This document shows, one piece after another, positions 1 through 13,403 of a DNA stretch of 64,000 nt. The translations under genes and the position numbers were made by a program. The notes below the pieces were generated by a model. The model ran no database searches. It was not told the origin of the DNA and worked only from the letters and a program-made list of their open reading frames with translations. Source of the DNA: Octopus sinensis (Eukaryota); assembly GCF_006345805.1 (NCBI RefSeq), contig NC_043011.1, positions 40,684,464 to 40,748,463 on the forward strand, written 5' to 3'. Numbering within the stretch: the first letter of the stretch is position 1; each line of letters begins with the position of its first letter.

Positions 1-168
1 ACAAACAAGGACAGACAAAGGGATTAAGTCGATTACATCGACCCCAGAGCGTAACTGGTACTTTATTTACCGACTTCGAAAGGATGAAAGGCAAAGTCGA
101 CCTCAGCGGAATTTGAACTCAGAACGTAACGGCAGACGAAAAACGGCTACGCGTTTCGCCCGGCGTGC
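1..168 (-). mobile_element. tRNA-derived SINE family B, partial
   Basis: gccgggcgaaa...gttctgagttcaaattccgc...gtcgactttgcctttcatcc; same family as at 16.1, 35.4, 56.5 and 57.3 kb. Confidence 0.85.
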
Positions 169-186
169 TATATATATATATATATA

Positions 187-349
187 GGCGTAGGAGTGGC
201 TGTGTGGTAAATAGCTTACTTATCAACCACATGGTTCCTGGTTCAGTCCCACTGCGTGGCACTTTGGGCAAGTGTCTTCTACTACAGCCTCGGGCCGACC
301 AAAGCCTTGTGAGTGGATTTGGTAGACGGAAACTGAAAGAAGCCCGTCG

Positions 350-435
<86 letters not shown>

Positions 436-636
436 TTTTGAGTCTGTGTTTGTCCCCCCCCCCCAACATCGCTTGGTGGTATGTTTACGTCCACGTAACT
501 TAGCGGTTCGGAAAAAGAGACCGATAGAATAAGTACTAGGCTTACAAAGAATAAGTCCTGGGGTCAATTTGCTCGACTAAAGGTGGTGCTCCAGCATAGC
601 CGCAGTCAAATGACTGAAAAAAGTAAAAGAGTAAAG
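187..636 (+). mobile_element. tRNA-derived SINE family A (head, central microsatellite, tail)
   Basis: ggcgtaggagtggctgtgtgg head with B-box-like ggttcagtccc; tail gcatggccgcagtcaaatgactgaaacaagtaaaagag recurs more than 15 times. Confidence 0.9.
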
Positions 637-2506
637 GAGGAAAAGAGTTATTACGGTCTTACTGTTACGCTTTTAATGACAGTTTAAATGTCAAAGAATT
701 AGCAACACAATCTTAGTGTAATAGCGTTAATATCCTGGGAATAACGTTACAATCTCAACGTTATCCTCTTAATTTTATAAGACTAAATTTTGCGGTCTCA
801 ATGTTATATAGCAACACTATCTTAATGTCACAATATCAGTCTTAACGTAATTCTCTTAAAATCATAGTCTGCTCGATTTTGCTCTTAATACATTTTAAAT
901 ACCAATGTAGGTTGTATACACCTGAGGAAGCTAGACTTATTATTGTTTGAAACAATAACTCACATTTCAAGACGAGCAAAAATAGATGTTCATACTTCCT
1001 CTGAGGAAATCAACAGCTGAATTGTTGAATAGAATTGGGTAAACCGGTAATGCAAACACTTACGTTATTAGTTAGGATAAGATCTTTATCATTTGCTGTT
1101 AGGTGTTCACCTGTTAAGATTCTATGATTAATATCAAGGCGTTTAGCGAATTGTAAGCAAAACGAAAAACAGAATTTATATAGAATTTACTTTGAAAAAG
1201 GAAAACCAAAGCTTAAGTTTACGATGAAAAATATGTAACATAGTATTTTTTTTTCATTTAAACATATAAAAAAAACATAATAAAATAATGATTTGAGCAA
1301 GTTGAAAAAAGAAAGCGGACTGAAGATCAGAAAAGAAATTCTAAAAAACTGTGTTTAGAAGAAATTCAATTCTTAGCGAGAGAAAAGAATAGTGTGATGA
1401 AAATGTATATATAAAAGGAAGAAAATACAATATAAGTTATTAATTTGAGAGCTAAATGCAATCTTATTTTCACTCGATATTATCTGCTAAATATGTTAAA
1501 ATAGCAATTTATCATTGAAATGTATACTTTCAAGTAAACAAGCTTCACGAAGAACAACAATGTCTTTTCAGCCATTGTTGTAGATGTATCTATATCCAAT
1601 TACAAATAATATATTTTCTAATTTTTCAAGATTGAACTCTTTATTCCGATCTGTGTCTGAGAAAAGATGTTCCCCCCCCCCCCCTAGCGACTAAAAAAGA
1701 ATGAAAGCACAAGAAAGGAAAGAGAGAAGAAAGTAGTAGTAACAGCAAAAACAAACTAGAACAAAAAAATATACAAAAATAATATACGAACAATGAAAAT
1801 GGACAAAAGAAGTAATATACAACGATAGAGACTTGTATAAATAGCTCACAATTTCACTATACTCGGGTGAATAAACTGTAGCCTATACAAATAATCTTAG
1901 AATGAATTACCATTTATTGTGCAGCTGTTTCCAATGTCTCATAATTCAAAGCTGGTCCTAATCGGAGATTTATTTACTTCAAACGAAAGTTTGATGTACA
2001 TCTTTATTACGTTCTGTGAATATAAAGGCGTTATTAAACGCACTATACATCCAATGACCTATTTCTACGACAATGTATTAGAATATCTTATCTTACGACC
2101 AACAATAAATGGTGTTTGTTATCGAATACTTAAGCAGTTAATATGTTAGAATCAAATACAATGACAGAACTGAATAAGTAAAGTTGTCTTCAAGTTGATT
2201 AATTGTAGCTTACTGGGAGGAATCGTATATATTTTAGTTCTAAATTAGGTTAATATTGCGAAAGTGATATGTTAAGATTAGCTAACTGTTTACCATTAGT
2301 TCGGGGAAAATGCATAACAATTTAAATGACTACAACATTACTGTCGTATATTTACACATATTTTGTTGCTGAAAGGGTGAAGAAAATGTTCAAGATATAA
2401 AACATGGCTTCGAGGCCAAGCGGCGACAAAAGCGAGAATGAAATCAAAGCAGACTGATGTAGTAGAAATCAGCGTCGATTGCATACAACAGAGATGTTTT
2501 CTACAC

Positions 2507-2780
2507 CAGTGCTTCTCAAACTACCTGATGTAGTGTACAGGCAGTTTTTCTCCCAGGGACCGGTAATATTTCTTAGTAATTTATACTGGAAACAATACAT
2601 ATAATGCATATGATAAAAGTTGACAATATTTTTATTATATATTTATTTTGTAAACAAATAATACAATATTCTATAAGCATTTTATAATGTTTCTTTCTCT
2701 ACCGGAAACTCGCTGCGTACCAGCAAGTGATAGCTCGCGGACAGGCACCGGTCTGTGGACCACTACTTTGAGTAGAACTG
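2507..2780. mobile_element. hAT (Charlie-type) MITE
   Basis: TIRs cagtgcttctcaaact / actttgagtagaactg (13 of 16 match); 8-bp TSD ttctacac / gtctacac. Confidence 0.85.
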
Positions 2781-2960
2781 GTCTACACTGACGACATAGT
2801 AGTAAATCTAAGTCAAATGAGGGAGTAGAGCTACCAATAGAAAAGAAAGTATGCCATTAACGAAAGGACAGTTCTGTTATTTGATTTAGAGACGTTTAGT
2901 ATGAGAACTATGATTTTCATGCAATTATTTGAAGAGAAATCGTGGCCACTGGATGAGATT

Positions 2961-3181
2961 TTTTAATTCTTTAACTTGTTTTAGTCATTTGCAGCCATAT
3001 TGTTGCACCGCATTCAGCCGAACAAATCGACCGCAGGAGTAACTCTTTGTAAGCCTAGTATTTATTCTATCGGTCTCTTTTGCCGAACCGCCTACGTTGC
3101 GGGGGACGCAAACAACCAACATCGGTTGTCAAGCGATGGTGGGGCAATAAACACGAACACACAATAGATACATACACACCA

Positions 3182-3243
<62 letters not shown>

Positions 3244-3246
3244 TCA

Positions 3247-3279
<33 letters not shown>

Positions 3280-3464
3280 GCATGTATATATATATTTCCT
3301 TTTTTTTCTCTCCTTGTTTTTTTCTCTGTATCTTTCTGTCGAAGAGCGTAGACTCGAAACATAAAAGACTTGTTCTATTTCTATTCCTGAGCGCCATACT
3401 GATACATTTGTTTGTTTGTACTCCACCTACTTTCGTCTTTTGTTTATTTTCGTAAACCTTCCCG

Positions 3465-3496
<32 letters not shown>

Positions 3497-3670
3497 GCGC
3501 ATATATGACGGGTTTCTTTCAGTTTCTGTCCACCAAATAACACTCATAAGGCTTTGGTCGGGCCGAGGCTATAGTAGAAGATACTTTCCCAAGGTGCCAC
3601 GCAGTGGGACAGAACCCTGAACCATGTGGCTGAGCAGCAAGCTTCTTACCACACAGCCACTCTTGCGCCT
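2961..3670 (-). mobile_element. SINE A with nested HHR element
   Basis: Full head and tail on the minus strand. Confidence 0.9.
3296..3466 (+). mobile_element. Non-autonomous element with A6U-variant minimal HHR (copy 1, decayed), inserted in a SINE microsatellite
   Basis: CTTT-CTGTCGA-A-GAGC GTAG ACTC-GAAAC-ATA-AAAG at 3332-3367; body matches four other copies. Confidence 0.75.
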
Positions 3671-5100
3671 ATTCTTACTATACAGCCACTCCTAACGTTT
3701 CGGGATTAAATTTTAGTTGCACAGAATATAATTTATAGAAGTATTGCCTAGCCTTAACCCCACTCAGTTCTTACAATGATTTTGCCAGTCCATTACCTAT
3801 ATTCCGCGCGGGCGCCGCGCTAATGCATACACATGGCTACACACACATTCAGATGCACGCGTGTGCACTCACGAAAGCAAACAGGGTACGCACTCACTCA
3901 TACACGCATACAAAAAGTATATATATGTATATATGTAATTTATAAATTTATTATATATATTATATATATATTATATGTATAATACACAAACATATATATA
4001 TATTTATATATATATATATATATGCAAATGTAGGAAATGTATGTTTATGTATAGGTTTATATGCAAGGTATATATACATACACACACACACACACACAAC
4101 ATATAATAATATAGGGATGAGAGAGAGAGAGAGAGAAGAGAGAGAGGAGAGAGGAGAGAGAGAGAGAGAGAGACAAAATGATGGATAGTTACATAGACAA
4201 ATAGATAAATGGATAATTAGATGGCTAGCTATACATAGATAGATAGATAGGTATAATTGAGTGAGAGTGAGTCATGATGTTCAATACATATACACCTACA
4301 CTTTACCTTATAGTTTTCTTAGAAAAGCCTTTCGTTTTTGCACAGTTTTTCTTTCGTTTTTGTCTTTCCACCAATTGAAATACATTTCCCGGCTGAGTAA
4401 TGTATATTTTTAATGCGTACATCTTTGGCCGCGTTTAATTTGCTTGTCAAACTATTTGATTATACCCTTTTTATCATTCTATAGTCTTTATTTACGTAAA
4501 TTACTACTGTTCATACAATTTGTTTGTGTAAATATTGTGTGGGCGTATGTGTGTCTGTAAGACAGAGAGAGAAAGAGAGAAGGGAGAGGGAGACATAGTC
4601 TGTGAAATATAAGAGAAATATATAAATACACGGAGGGAGATACAGTGAGAGGAGATATCTTCAAATATTAATGCTGGTTTGAGTCTGGAGATTTTAACAA
4701 CAGATATTGTCACCAGCATTAATTTCTAATTGGTTATTGATAGATCGTTTAGTTGCTAATTTTAGATGATTTTTGAATATAGCATTTAATTTTACAAATG
4801 GGCACTTTATAAAGTTATATTTATCGAAATCTTTTCGACTGATTATTATTTTTTAAATGGAAATGTCGTTTCTACAATGTTATATTTCAGGAGCTTTCGA
4901 AGTTTTTGAATTGTAAATTGAAATAGCACTTCACTCATTATGCCAGAACAAACAGGAATTTGAATTAAACACATATTTCAAGCAACATTTACGAAGGACT
5001 CAATAAATATGAATGTAAACATAAACTCAAATTATATCAAATTGAAATTCAGCTATAATATAATATATGAACACGTTACATATATATATATATATATATA

Positions 5101-5139
<39 letters not shown>

Positions 5140-5432
5140 TATTCGCATACACAGCAACCTAGTTTGCTAACTGTGAACTATAAAATATACTTTTTTATAG
5201 TTCATAGTTCGCAATTATAATATATACCTAAAATTTTTTTTTTCAGCTTCGACATGGGAAATATTTGCTACCTTCTATGCCAATAAACTGCTATTGCTCC
5301 TCAAAGTTGCTTTTATACCAGTATGGGACCGCGCAAAGCTTACTAAATTCTTACACCTGGATCCTGGATCTTACTTTTACACACACACCTATACATACAT
5401 AAATACATACATACGTATATATAATATATATA

Positions 5433-5472
<40 letters not shown>

Positions 5473-5494
5473 TATACATGATGCCAAGGATTCA

Positions 5495-5572
5495 GCGGTA
5501 CATATGTTTCGGGCCTTTATTAGACAGATTTATAACAATGCATAATGTATGTCTGTGGCCTTCTTCAGCCGC
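5495..5572 (-). ncRNA. Type I hammerhead ribozyme with short palindromic stem III (PLE-type)
   Basis: GCGG-CUGAAGA-AGGCC...GGCCC-GAAA-CAUAUG-UA-CCGC. Stem I GCGG/CCGC, palindrome ACAUAUGU, A.C mismatch at the base of stem II. Confidence 0.75.
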
Positions 5573-6645
5573 GCACAACAGCTTCCACAAGGACATGTGT
5601 TACATCAAAAATTCTTGGTTGGGGATGCAAATCCTCTCATTCTCGTACGACATAATGCGGCAACAGCATAGAATTGAAGCGTCCATCTCTTTCTTCTCTC
5701 AATGTAGAATGAGGAAATTTGGATGTAGAAGTAATGTAAATAAAAAAATACATATATAGACGTGAAGATGGAGGGGCGAGAATTCAGGACGAAGGATAAA
5801 AAATATATAAAAAGTATAAGTATAGAAAAATATAAAAATGTAGAGTGTAAAGATATAAAGAGATATAAGGAGATATAAAGGGGAGATAAAGAATATAAAA
5901 AATATAAATGAATATAAGGCATAAGGTTATAAAGTAAAAATAGAAATAGAAATAAAAGTAAAAAAAATAAATAGGATAAAAATGATAAAAATGTAAAAAA
6001 ATGTAAAAAAATATAAAGATATGGGATGTATAGAGGTTACGGAACAACATGGTGGTCAGAAAAATTGACAAAATTTAGTTGTAGAAGCTTGGGTGTCAAT
6101 AAATCAACAGGGTCGTCTGGGGACCTAGTGCATTGTAAATCAGAGCTGTGAGCGGTTAATCTAGTTCTTTGAATTAATTGGTCATCTTGTACATACATAC
6201 CATCATGGATACATACACCCATATACACGCGCACATATACGCGCGCATTACGGCTCCAAGCATATAAGCATACATACGCACTCACGTGTAAACATGTACA
6301 TAAACACATATACACCCACACACACGCGCGCATATATACATACATACAACAGAATATGCGCATATATACAGGACATATACGTGTACACACCCATATATAC
6401 ATACGTACGTCCATCCTTACATACACATACACAGATGCCCACACGTCCAGGTTTAGATATAAGATATTAAAGGATGTATATAAGAACGCATGTAAAGAAT
6501 CACGCACTCACGTCTACACGTGCACGCACACACGGCTGTGTGTCCATATGTGCGTGCACATATACACTTACATACACACACAGAGACATACGCGCGTATA
6601 GGTATAGCTATAAGATATTAAAAGATGTATACAAATAGGTGTAAA

Positions 6646-7202
6646 TCGCTCGAGCCCATAGCCACATCAAAATTATCGGGGGTATCGGATCTGGTCCAAA
6701 GTCTACCGTCGAATTCTATTATGGTTTTTCTGGCTAATAGTATTATGTCAATTTTTTCTCTGTCTATGAGCGAAAGGCTGCGGGCAAATATAAGGGATTT
6801 GTTAAGTAAGATGGGGGATATACTGGCGTAGTAGTTAGCTATGTCGAACTGGATGAATGAGTAGTTGGGTCTGTTGGTGATTGTGTTAAACCATTCTAGC
6901 ACATCGTCGGTGTTAATCCATAGTTGGAGTGGGATGTGGGGTTTGATGCGTGGGATCACCTTGTCCAGGATAGTCTTGCTAAGTCTGCCGATATCCGATT
7001 TAGTCGGACAGATTAATCGTACTCCTACATTATCCGGGAAGTCTTTCTTATGGTCTTTAATAGTAATTTTGGGTACCTGTGGTTTGATCGGTTCCGTTCT
7101 GTCCAGGAGGTCTAATTTGCTCATAACTTCCTTGATTTTGTAGTTAATTTCCTTAAGGTTATCCGTAGAAGTAGTTTTATATTTTTTGCTAAGTTCCCTC
7201 AT
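6646..7202 (-). mobile_element. Penelope-like element (Naiad-like) reverse transcriptase fragment, truncated at both ends
   Basis: The 194-aa ORF has KDHK..F...RLICPTKSDIGRLSKTILD, FDIANYYASI and FDVAMGSSD. It stops abruptly where the inverted-repeat arm begins. Confidence 0.88.
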
Positions 7203-7204
7203 GA

Positions 7205-7288
7205 TTCAATCTTATTAACAAAAGGTCAGAGTTCAAACCATCCTGTATACACAAACTTATTAATGCTTTCAAATACTACAAAGCTTAG
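7205..7288 (+). mobile_element. PLE GIY-YIG endonuclease C-terminal remnant that starts an inverted pseudo-LTR
   Basis: Reads FNLINKRSEFKPSCIHKLINAFKYYKA*, the LLNKRSE...C.H terminal signature, and lies back-to-back with the RT fragment. Confidence 0.7.
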
Positions 7289-9297
7289 GCTATTATACCA
7301 ACTCCCCCATGCAATTTCCTCCCACCCGGTGCAACCTGTCGGCTCCAGCACATCCCGCTTTCCTATATGTGCGTGTATATGTGTATATGTGTGTGTATAT
7401 ATATGTATGTGCATATATGTGTATGTATATGTATATATATATATATATGTGTGTGTGTGTATGTGCATATATATTTCCCTGCATTTTCCTCCTATATATA
7501 CACATTTTGTCTCCCATATATGTTTTTTTCCCTACATATTTCTTCTCCTACACCTATATCCTTCCTATCTAGTCTCTTTATTTCCCTATACCTATACCCT
7601 TTCACATTTCCAACTCGGATGTTGAACGCACACCGCCAAACTCCACTTCCCACCCTTCCAAATTTCAGTTCCCCCCGCCCGCCCCTACGTGGGCACCTTT
7701 AGCACACACCTTTAACTTTCAACCACCTTCATCTCATGTTAAACTTTACCAGATTATATTTTTATTTTGCTTTATCCTATTCTATTTCGCTTTACCTTTA
7801 TTCTTATTTTTATTTTCATCCCTAATTTTAATTCTTATGGCTCTTATAATTTTTATATTTCATTTCTAACTTTTATATTGTATTTCTTATTTTATATTGT
7901 ATTTCTTACTTTTATTTCTAATTTTTATTCTTACCCTCATTCTTACACCTAACTTATCGTTATATCTCTATAATGTCTATTTTTTTTGCTTATCCTTATT
8001 TACTTACCTATGGATCCGCTTTTATGATTATACGTGCGTCGTGTGTACGTATGTATACGTATACATAGGTGTACATATGTACGAGTAAACATCTACGTCT
8101 GGACGTGCATACCCCGTTACTCATCTGTAATAATTTTCTTTAATAATTTTAAAAAATTTCTTACATATTTCTTTACATTTTTTTACATGTTTTCGCAGAT
8201 TTCTTATATGCATATGTTTACACCTATTTGTATACATCTTTTAATATCTTATAGCTATACCTATACGCGCGTATGTCTCTGTGTGTGTATGTAAGTGTAT
8301 ATGTGCACGCACATATGGACACACAGGCGTGTGTGCGTGCACGTGTAGACGTGAGTGCGTGATTCTTTACATGCGTTCTTATATACATCCTTTAATATCT
8401 TATATCTAAACCTGGACGTGTGGGCATCTGTGTATGTGTATGTAAGGATGGACGTACGTATGTATATATGGGTGTGTACACGTATAATGTCCGTGTATAT
8501 ATGCGCATATTCTGTTGTATGTATGTATATATGCGCGCGTGTGTGTGGTGGGTGATATGTGTTTATGTACATGTTTACACGTGAGTGCGTATGTATGCTT
8601 ATATGCTTGGAGCCGTGTATGCGCGCGTATATGTGCGCGTGTATATGGGTGTATGTATCCATGATGGTATGTATGTACAAGATGACCAATTAATTCAAAG
8701 AACTAGATTAACCGCTCAACAGCTCTGATTTACAATACACTAGGTCCCCAGACGACCCTGTTGATTTATTGACACCCAAAGCTTCTACAACTAAATTTTG
8801 TCAATTTTCCTGACCACCATGTTTGGTCCGTAACCTCTATACATCCCATATCTTTATATTTTTTTACATTTTTTTACATTTTTATCATTTTTATTCCTAT
8901 TTTTATTTTTTTACTTTTATTTCTATTTCTATTTTTACTTTATAACCTTATGCCTTTATATTCATTTATATTTTTTTATATTCTTTATATCTCCTTTATA
9001 TCTCCTTATATCTCTTTATATCTTTACACTCTACATTTTTATATTTTTCTATACTTATACTTTTTATATATTTTTTATCCTTCGTCCTGAATTCTCGCCC
9101 CTCCATCTTCACGTCTATATATGTATTTATTTATTTACATTACTTCTACATCCAAATTTCCTCATTCTACATTGAGAGAAGAAAGAGATGGACATCAATT
9201 CTATGCTGTTGCCGCATGTCGTACGAGAATGAGAGGATTTGCATCCCCAACCAAGAATTTTTTGATGTAACACATGTCCTTGTGGAAGCTGTTGTGC

Positions 9298-9375
9298 GCG
9301 GCTGAAGAAGGCCACAGACATACATTATGCATTGTTATAAATCTGTCTAATAAAGGCCCGAAACATATGTACCGC
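9298..9375 (+). ncRNA. Type I hammerhead ribozyme, inverted copy of 5495-5572
   Basis: Same motif; predicted cleavage after A9371. Confidence 0.75.
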
Positions 9376-9390
9376 TGAATCCTTGGCATC

Positions 9391-9436
<46 letters not shown>

Positions 9437-9726
9437 ATATATACGTATGTATGTATTTATGTATGTATAGGTGTGTGTGTAAAAGTAAGATCCAAGGATC
9501 CAGGTGTAAGAATTTAGTAAGCTTTGCGCGGTCCATACATGGTATAAAAAGCAACTTTGAGGAGCAATAGCAGTTTATTGGCATAGAAGGTAGCAAATAT
9601 TTCCCATGTCGAAGCTGAAAAAAAATATTTTATAGTATATATTATAATTGCGAAATATGAACTATAAAAAAGTATATTTTATAGTTCACAGTTAGCAACT
9701 AGGGTTGCTGTGTATGCGAATATATT

Positions 9727-9760
<34 letters not shown>

Positions 9761-10688
9761 AACGTGTTCATATATTATATTATAGCTGAATTTCAATTTG
9801 ATATAATTTGAATTTATGTTTACATTCATATTTATTGAGTCCTTCAGTAAATGTTGCTTGAAATATGTGTTTATTCAAATTCCTGTTTGTTCTGGCAATA
9901 AATGAGTGAAGTACTATTTCAATTTACAATTCAAAAACTTCGAAAGCTCCTGAAATATAACATTGTAGAAACGACATTTCCATTTAAAAAAATAATAATC
10001 AGTCGAAAAGATTTCGATAAATATAACTTTATAAAGTGCCCATTTGTAAAATTAAATGCCATATTCAAAAATCATCTAAAATTAGCAACTAAACAATCTA
10101 TCAATAACCAATTAGAAATTAATGCTGGTGACAATATCTGTTGTTAAATCTCTAGACTCAAACCAGCTGTACTATTTGAAGATATCCTCTCTCACTGTAT
10201 CTCCCTCCGTGTATTTATATATTTCTCTTATATTTCACAGACTATGTCTCCCTCTCCCTTCTCTCTTTCTCTCTCTGTCTCACAGACACACACACGCCCA
10301 CACAATATTTACACAAACAAATTGTATGAACAGTAGTAATTTACGTAAATAAAGACTATAGAATGATAAAAAGGGTATAATCAAATAGTTTGACAAGCAA
10401 ATTAAACGCGGCCAAAGATGTACGCATTAAAAATATACATTACTCAGCCGGGAAATGTATTTCAATTGGTGGAAAGACAAAAACGAAAGAAAAACTGTGC
10501 AAAAACGAAAGGCTTTGCTAAGAAAACTATAAGGTAAAGTGTAGGTGTATATGTATTGAACATCATGACTCACTCTCACTCAATTATACCTATCTATCTA
10601 TCTATGTATAGCTAGCCATCTAATTTCCATTATCTATTTGTCTATGTAACTATCCATCATTCTCTCTCTCTCTCTATATATATATATA

Positions 10689-10761
<73 letters not shown>

Positions 10762-10884
10762 ATGTATATATACCTTGCATATAAACCTATACATAAACAT
10801 ACATTTCCTACATTTGCATATATATATATATATAAATATATATATGTGTGTGTATATTATATATATATAAATTATACATATACG

Positions 10885-10916
<32 letters not shown>

Positions 10917-11232
10917 ATATATATAAATATATATATGTGTGTGTATATATATATATATATAAATTTATACATATACATATATATCTTTTTGTATGTGTGT
11001 ATGAGTGAGTGCGTACCCATGTTTGCTTTCGTGAGCGCACGTGCGGGTATGTGTATGTGTGTGTAGCCATGTGTATGCATTCGCGCGCGCCCGCGCGGAA
11101 TATAAGTAATGGATTGTCAAGATCATTCTAAGAACTGAGTGGGGTTAAGGCTTGGCAATATTTCTATAAAATATATTCTGTGCAATTAAAATTTAATCTC
11201 GAAACGTTAGGAGTGGATGTATAGTAAGAATA

Positions 11233-11406
11233 GGCGCAAGAGTGGCTGTGAGGTAAGAAGCTTGCTGCTCAATCACATGGTTCCGGGTTCAGTCCCACTG
11301 CGTGGCACCTTGGGAGAGTATCTTCTAGTATAGCCTCGGGCCGACCAAAGCCTTATGAGTGTTATTTGGTGGACAGAACTGAAGGAAACCTGTCATATAT
11401 ATGCGC

Positions 11407-11504
<98 letters not shown>

Positions 11505-11792
11505 CATATATGTATATAGTATGTATGTATGTATGTAGTAGTATGATGCATATATATATATATATATATATAATATATATAAGCGTGTGTGTATGTATCT
11601 ATTTGTGTGTTCGTGTTGTTGCCCCACCATCGCATAACAACCGATTTTGGTGTGTTTGCGTCCCCCGCAACGTAGCGGTTCGGCAAAAGAGACCGATAGA
11701 ATAAATACTAGGCTTACAAAGTGTTACTCCTGCGGTCGATTTGTTCGGCTGAAGGCGGTGCAACAACATGGCTGCAAATGATTAAAACAAGT
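11233..11792 (+). mobile_element. SINE A (duplicate of 2961-3670)
   Basis: Shares private variants such as gttactcctgcggtcgatttgttcggctgaa. Confidence 0.9.
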
Positions 11793-11840
11793 CTAATAAA
11801 AGGCCCGAAACATATGTACCGCTGAATCCTTGGCATCATG
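11791..11840 (+). repeat. Templated 50-bp copy of the HHR 3' half at the outer junction of the inverted duplication
   Basis: gtctaataaaaggcccgaaacatatgtaccgctgaatccttggcatcatg matches ~9345-9393. Confidence 0.9.
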
Positions 11841-11955
11841 TTTTTATTTTGATCAATTTACTCCACTACCTACACCACCAAACGGGTATACACAGTGCTT
11901 TATATTATCAAGTACTCACCCCGAATTTCTATATATATATATGTATATTATATAT

Positions 11956-12019
<64 letters not shown>

Positions 12020-12684
12020 TGGCTGCTTTTTATGCTTGGGATGGTCAAATTGATATAGACACCTTTGATGAGACCTATTAAGTTCGAAAATCAATGAGGG
12101 CTAGCTAAATTCGGCCTGTTTATAAACTTTCTTTCGATGTTACACAAACGCATTCATACATTTATATATATATATATATATATATATACTACCATTAAAG
12201 ACCCGTCGTTGCCGAGTCATAGTGCTAGTGCATGTATATATGTGTATATATATGTGTACATCTATATATATACATCTACACATAAAATTCAAAATACAAA
12301 GTTATATCTTGATATCGCTAGTGATAACAATACTCAAAATATATAACAGACTGGAATTGTTAGCATTCCTCCATGTGTTCAAATCTTTTTTCTCTACATT
12401 GTATACTTTATAGACAATAGTCTTTTCTTTAATTTAATTTTTTATTATCCATCTGAACTATTCCATTTCTGCACCCTAATTTTATTTTTAATTTATTCCC
12501 ATTCATGTGAAACCACTTATTTAAGTTCAAATCATTGATGCAATTTTATACCAATTGGTATTTTTACTTTTGTTATGTTACGATTATATTATACTTTAGT
12601 TTGATTTTAATTATTACTTACTACATATAATTCAATTGTTATTATTTTTTATTGTTAAAGTTAAAATATCTGACATAAAATAGA

Positions 12685-12918
12685 GAAACGTTTTTGTTTC
12701 ACTTTTAACACGTACTACTGAAATAGTGGAGAAGATATAATATTGCTATGGGCTTGCTCTAGGCAAGAAGTTGAACATTTTTTTGCCCATGAAACTACAT
12801 GGACCCTAAGTAAGGCATGTGTAAAATTTGAATAAAATTGGTTGTGTAGTTCTCAAGTTTTAGGGAAACACACAGACAGACAGACAGACACACATTCTCA
12901 CTTTTATAATATAAAGAT
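12685..12918 (-). mobile_element. Probable non-autonomous Helitron/Helentron-type element 5' portion
   Basis: Starts atctttatattataaaagtgagaatgtgtg(tctg)n, the layout typical of DINE/HINE-like elements. Confidence 0.5.
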
Positions 12919-12956
12919 ATATATGTATATAAGATATAATATATATGTATATATAT

Positions 12957-13043
<87 letters not shown>

Positions 13044-13060
13044 TAAATATATATATATAT

Positions 13061-13145
<85 letters not shown>

Positions 13146-13308
13146 CGCAGGAGGAGTGACTGTGTGGTAAGAAGCTTGCTTTCCAGTCGCATAGTTCCGG
13201 GTTCACTCCTACTGCGAACCACCTTGGACAAGTGCCTTCTACTATAGCCTCGGGACGCTGAAAGCCTTGTGAGTAGATTTGGCACATAGAAACTGAAAGA
13301 AGGTCGTC

Positions 13309-13401
<93 letters not shown>

Positions 13402-13403
<2 letters not shown>

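Larger units (their letters stand above)
2974..6645. repeat. Left arm of ~3.6 kb inverted duplication
   Basis: Reverse complement of 8217-11792 along its length, including SINE diagnostics, unique AT-rich DNA and the HHR. Confidence 0.95.
8217..11792. repeat. Right arm of ~3.6 kb inverted duplication
   Basis: Reverse complement of 2974-6645, with scattered substitutions and indels. Confidence 0.95.

Noticed and set aside
918-1055. Two CUGAGGA motifs and a nearby ACCGGU palindrome
   Set aside because: No consistent stems I and II; at best a very decayed HHR.
3692-3772. Minus-strand CUGAGUG-GGG...UCCC-GAAACGUU motif
   Set aside because: The core is scrambled and stem I is absent.
12061-12100. 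UUGAUGA-GACC...GUUC-GAAA hammerhead-like motif
   Set aside because: C3 is mutated, stem II has a mismatch and there is no valid cleavage triplet.
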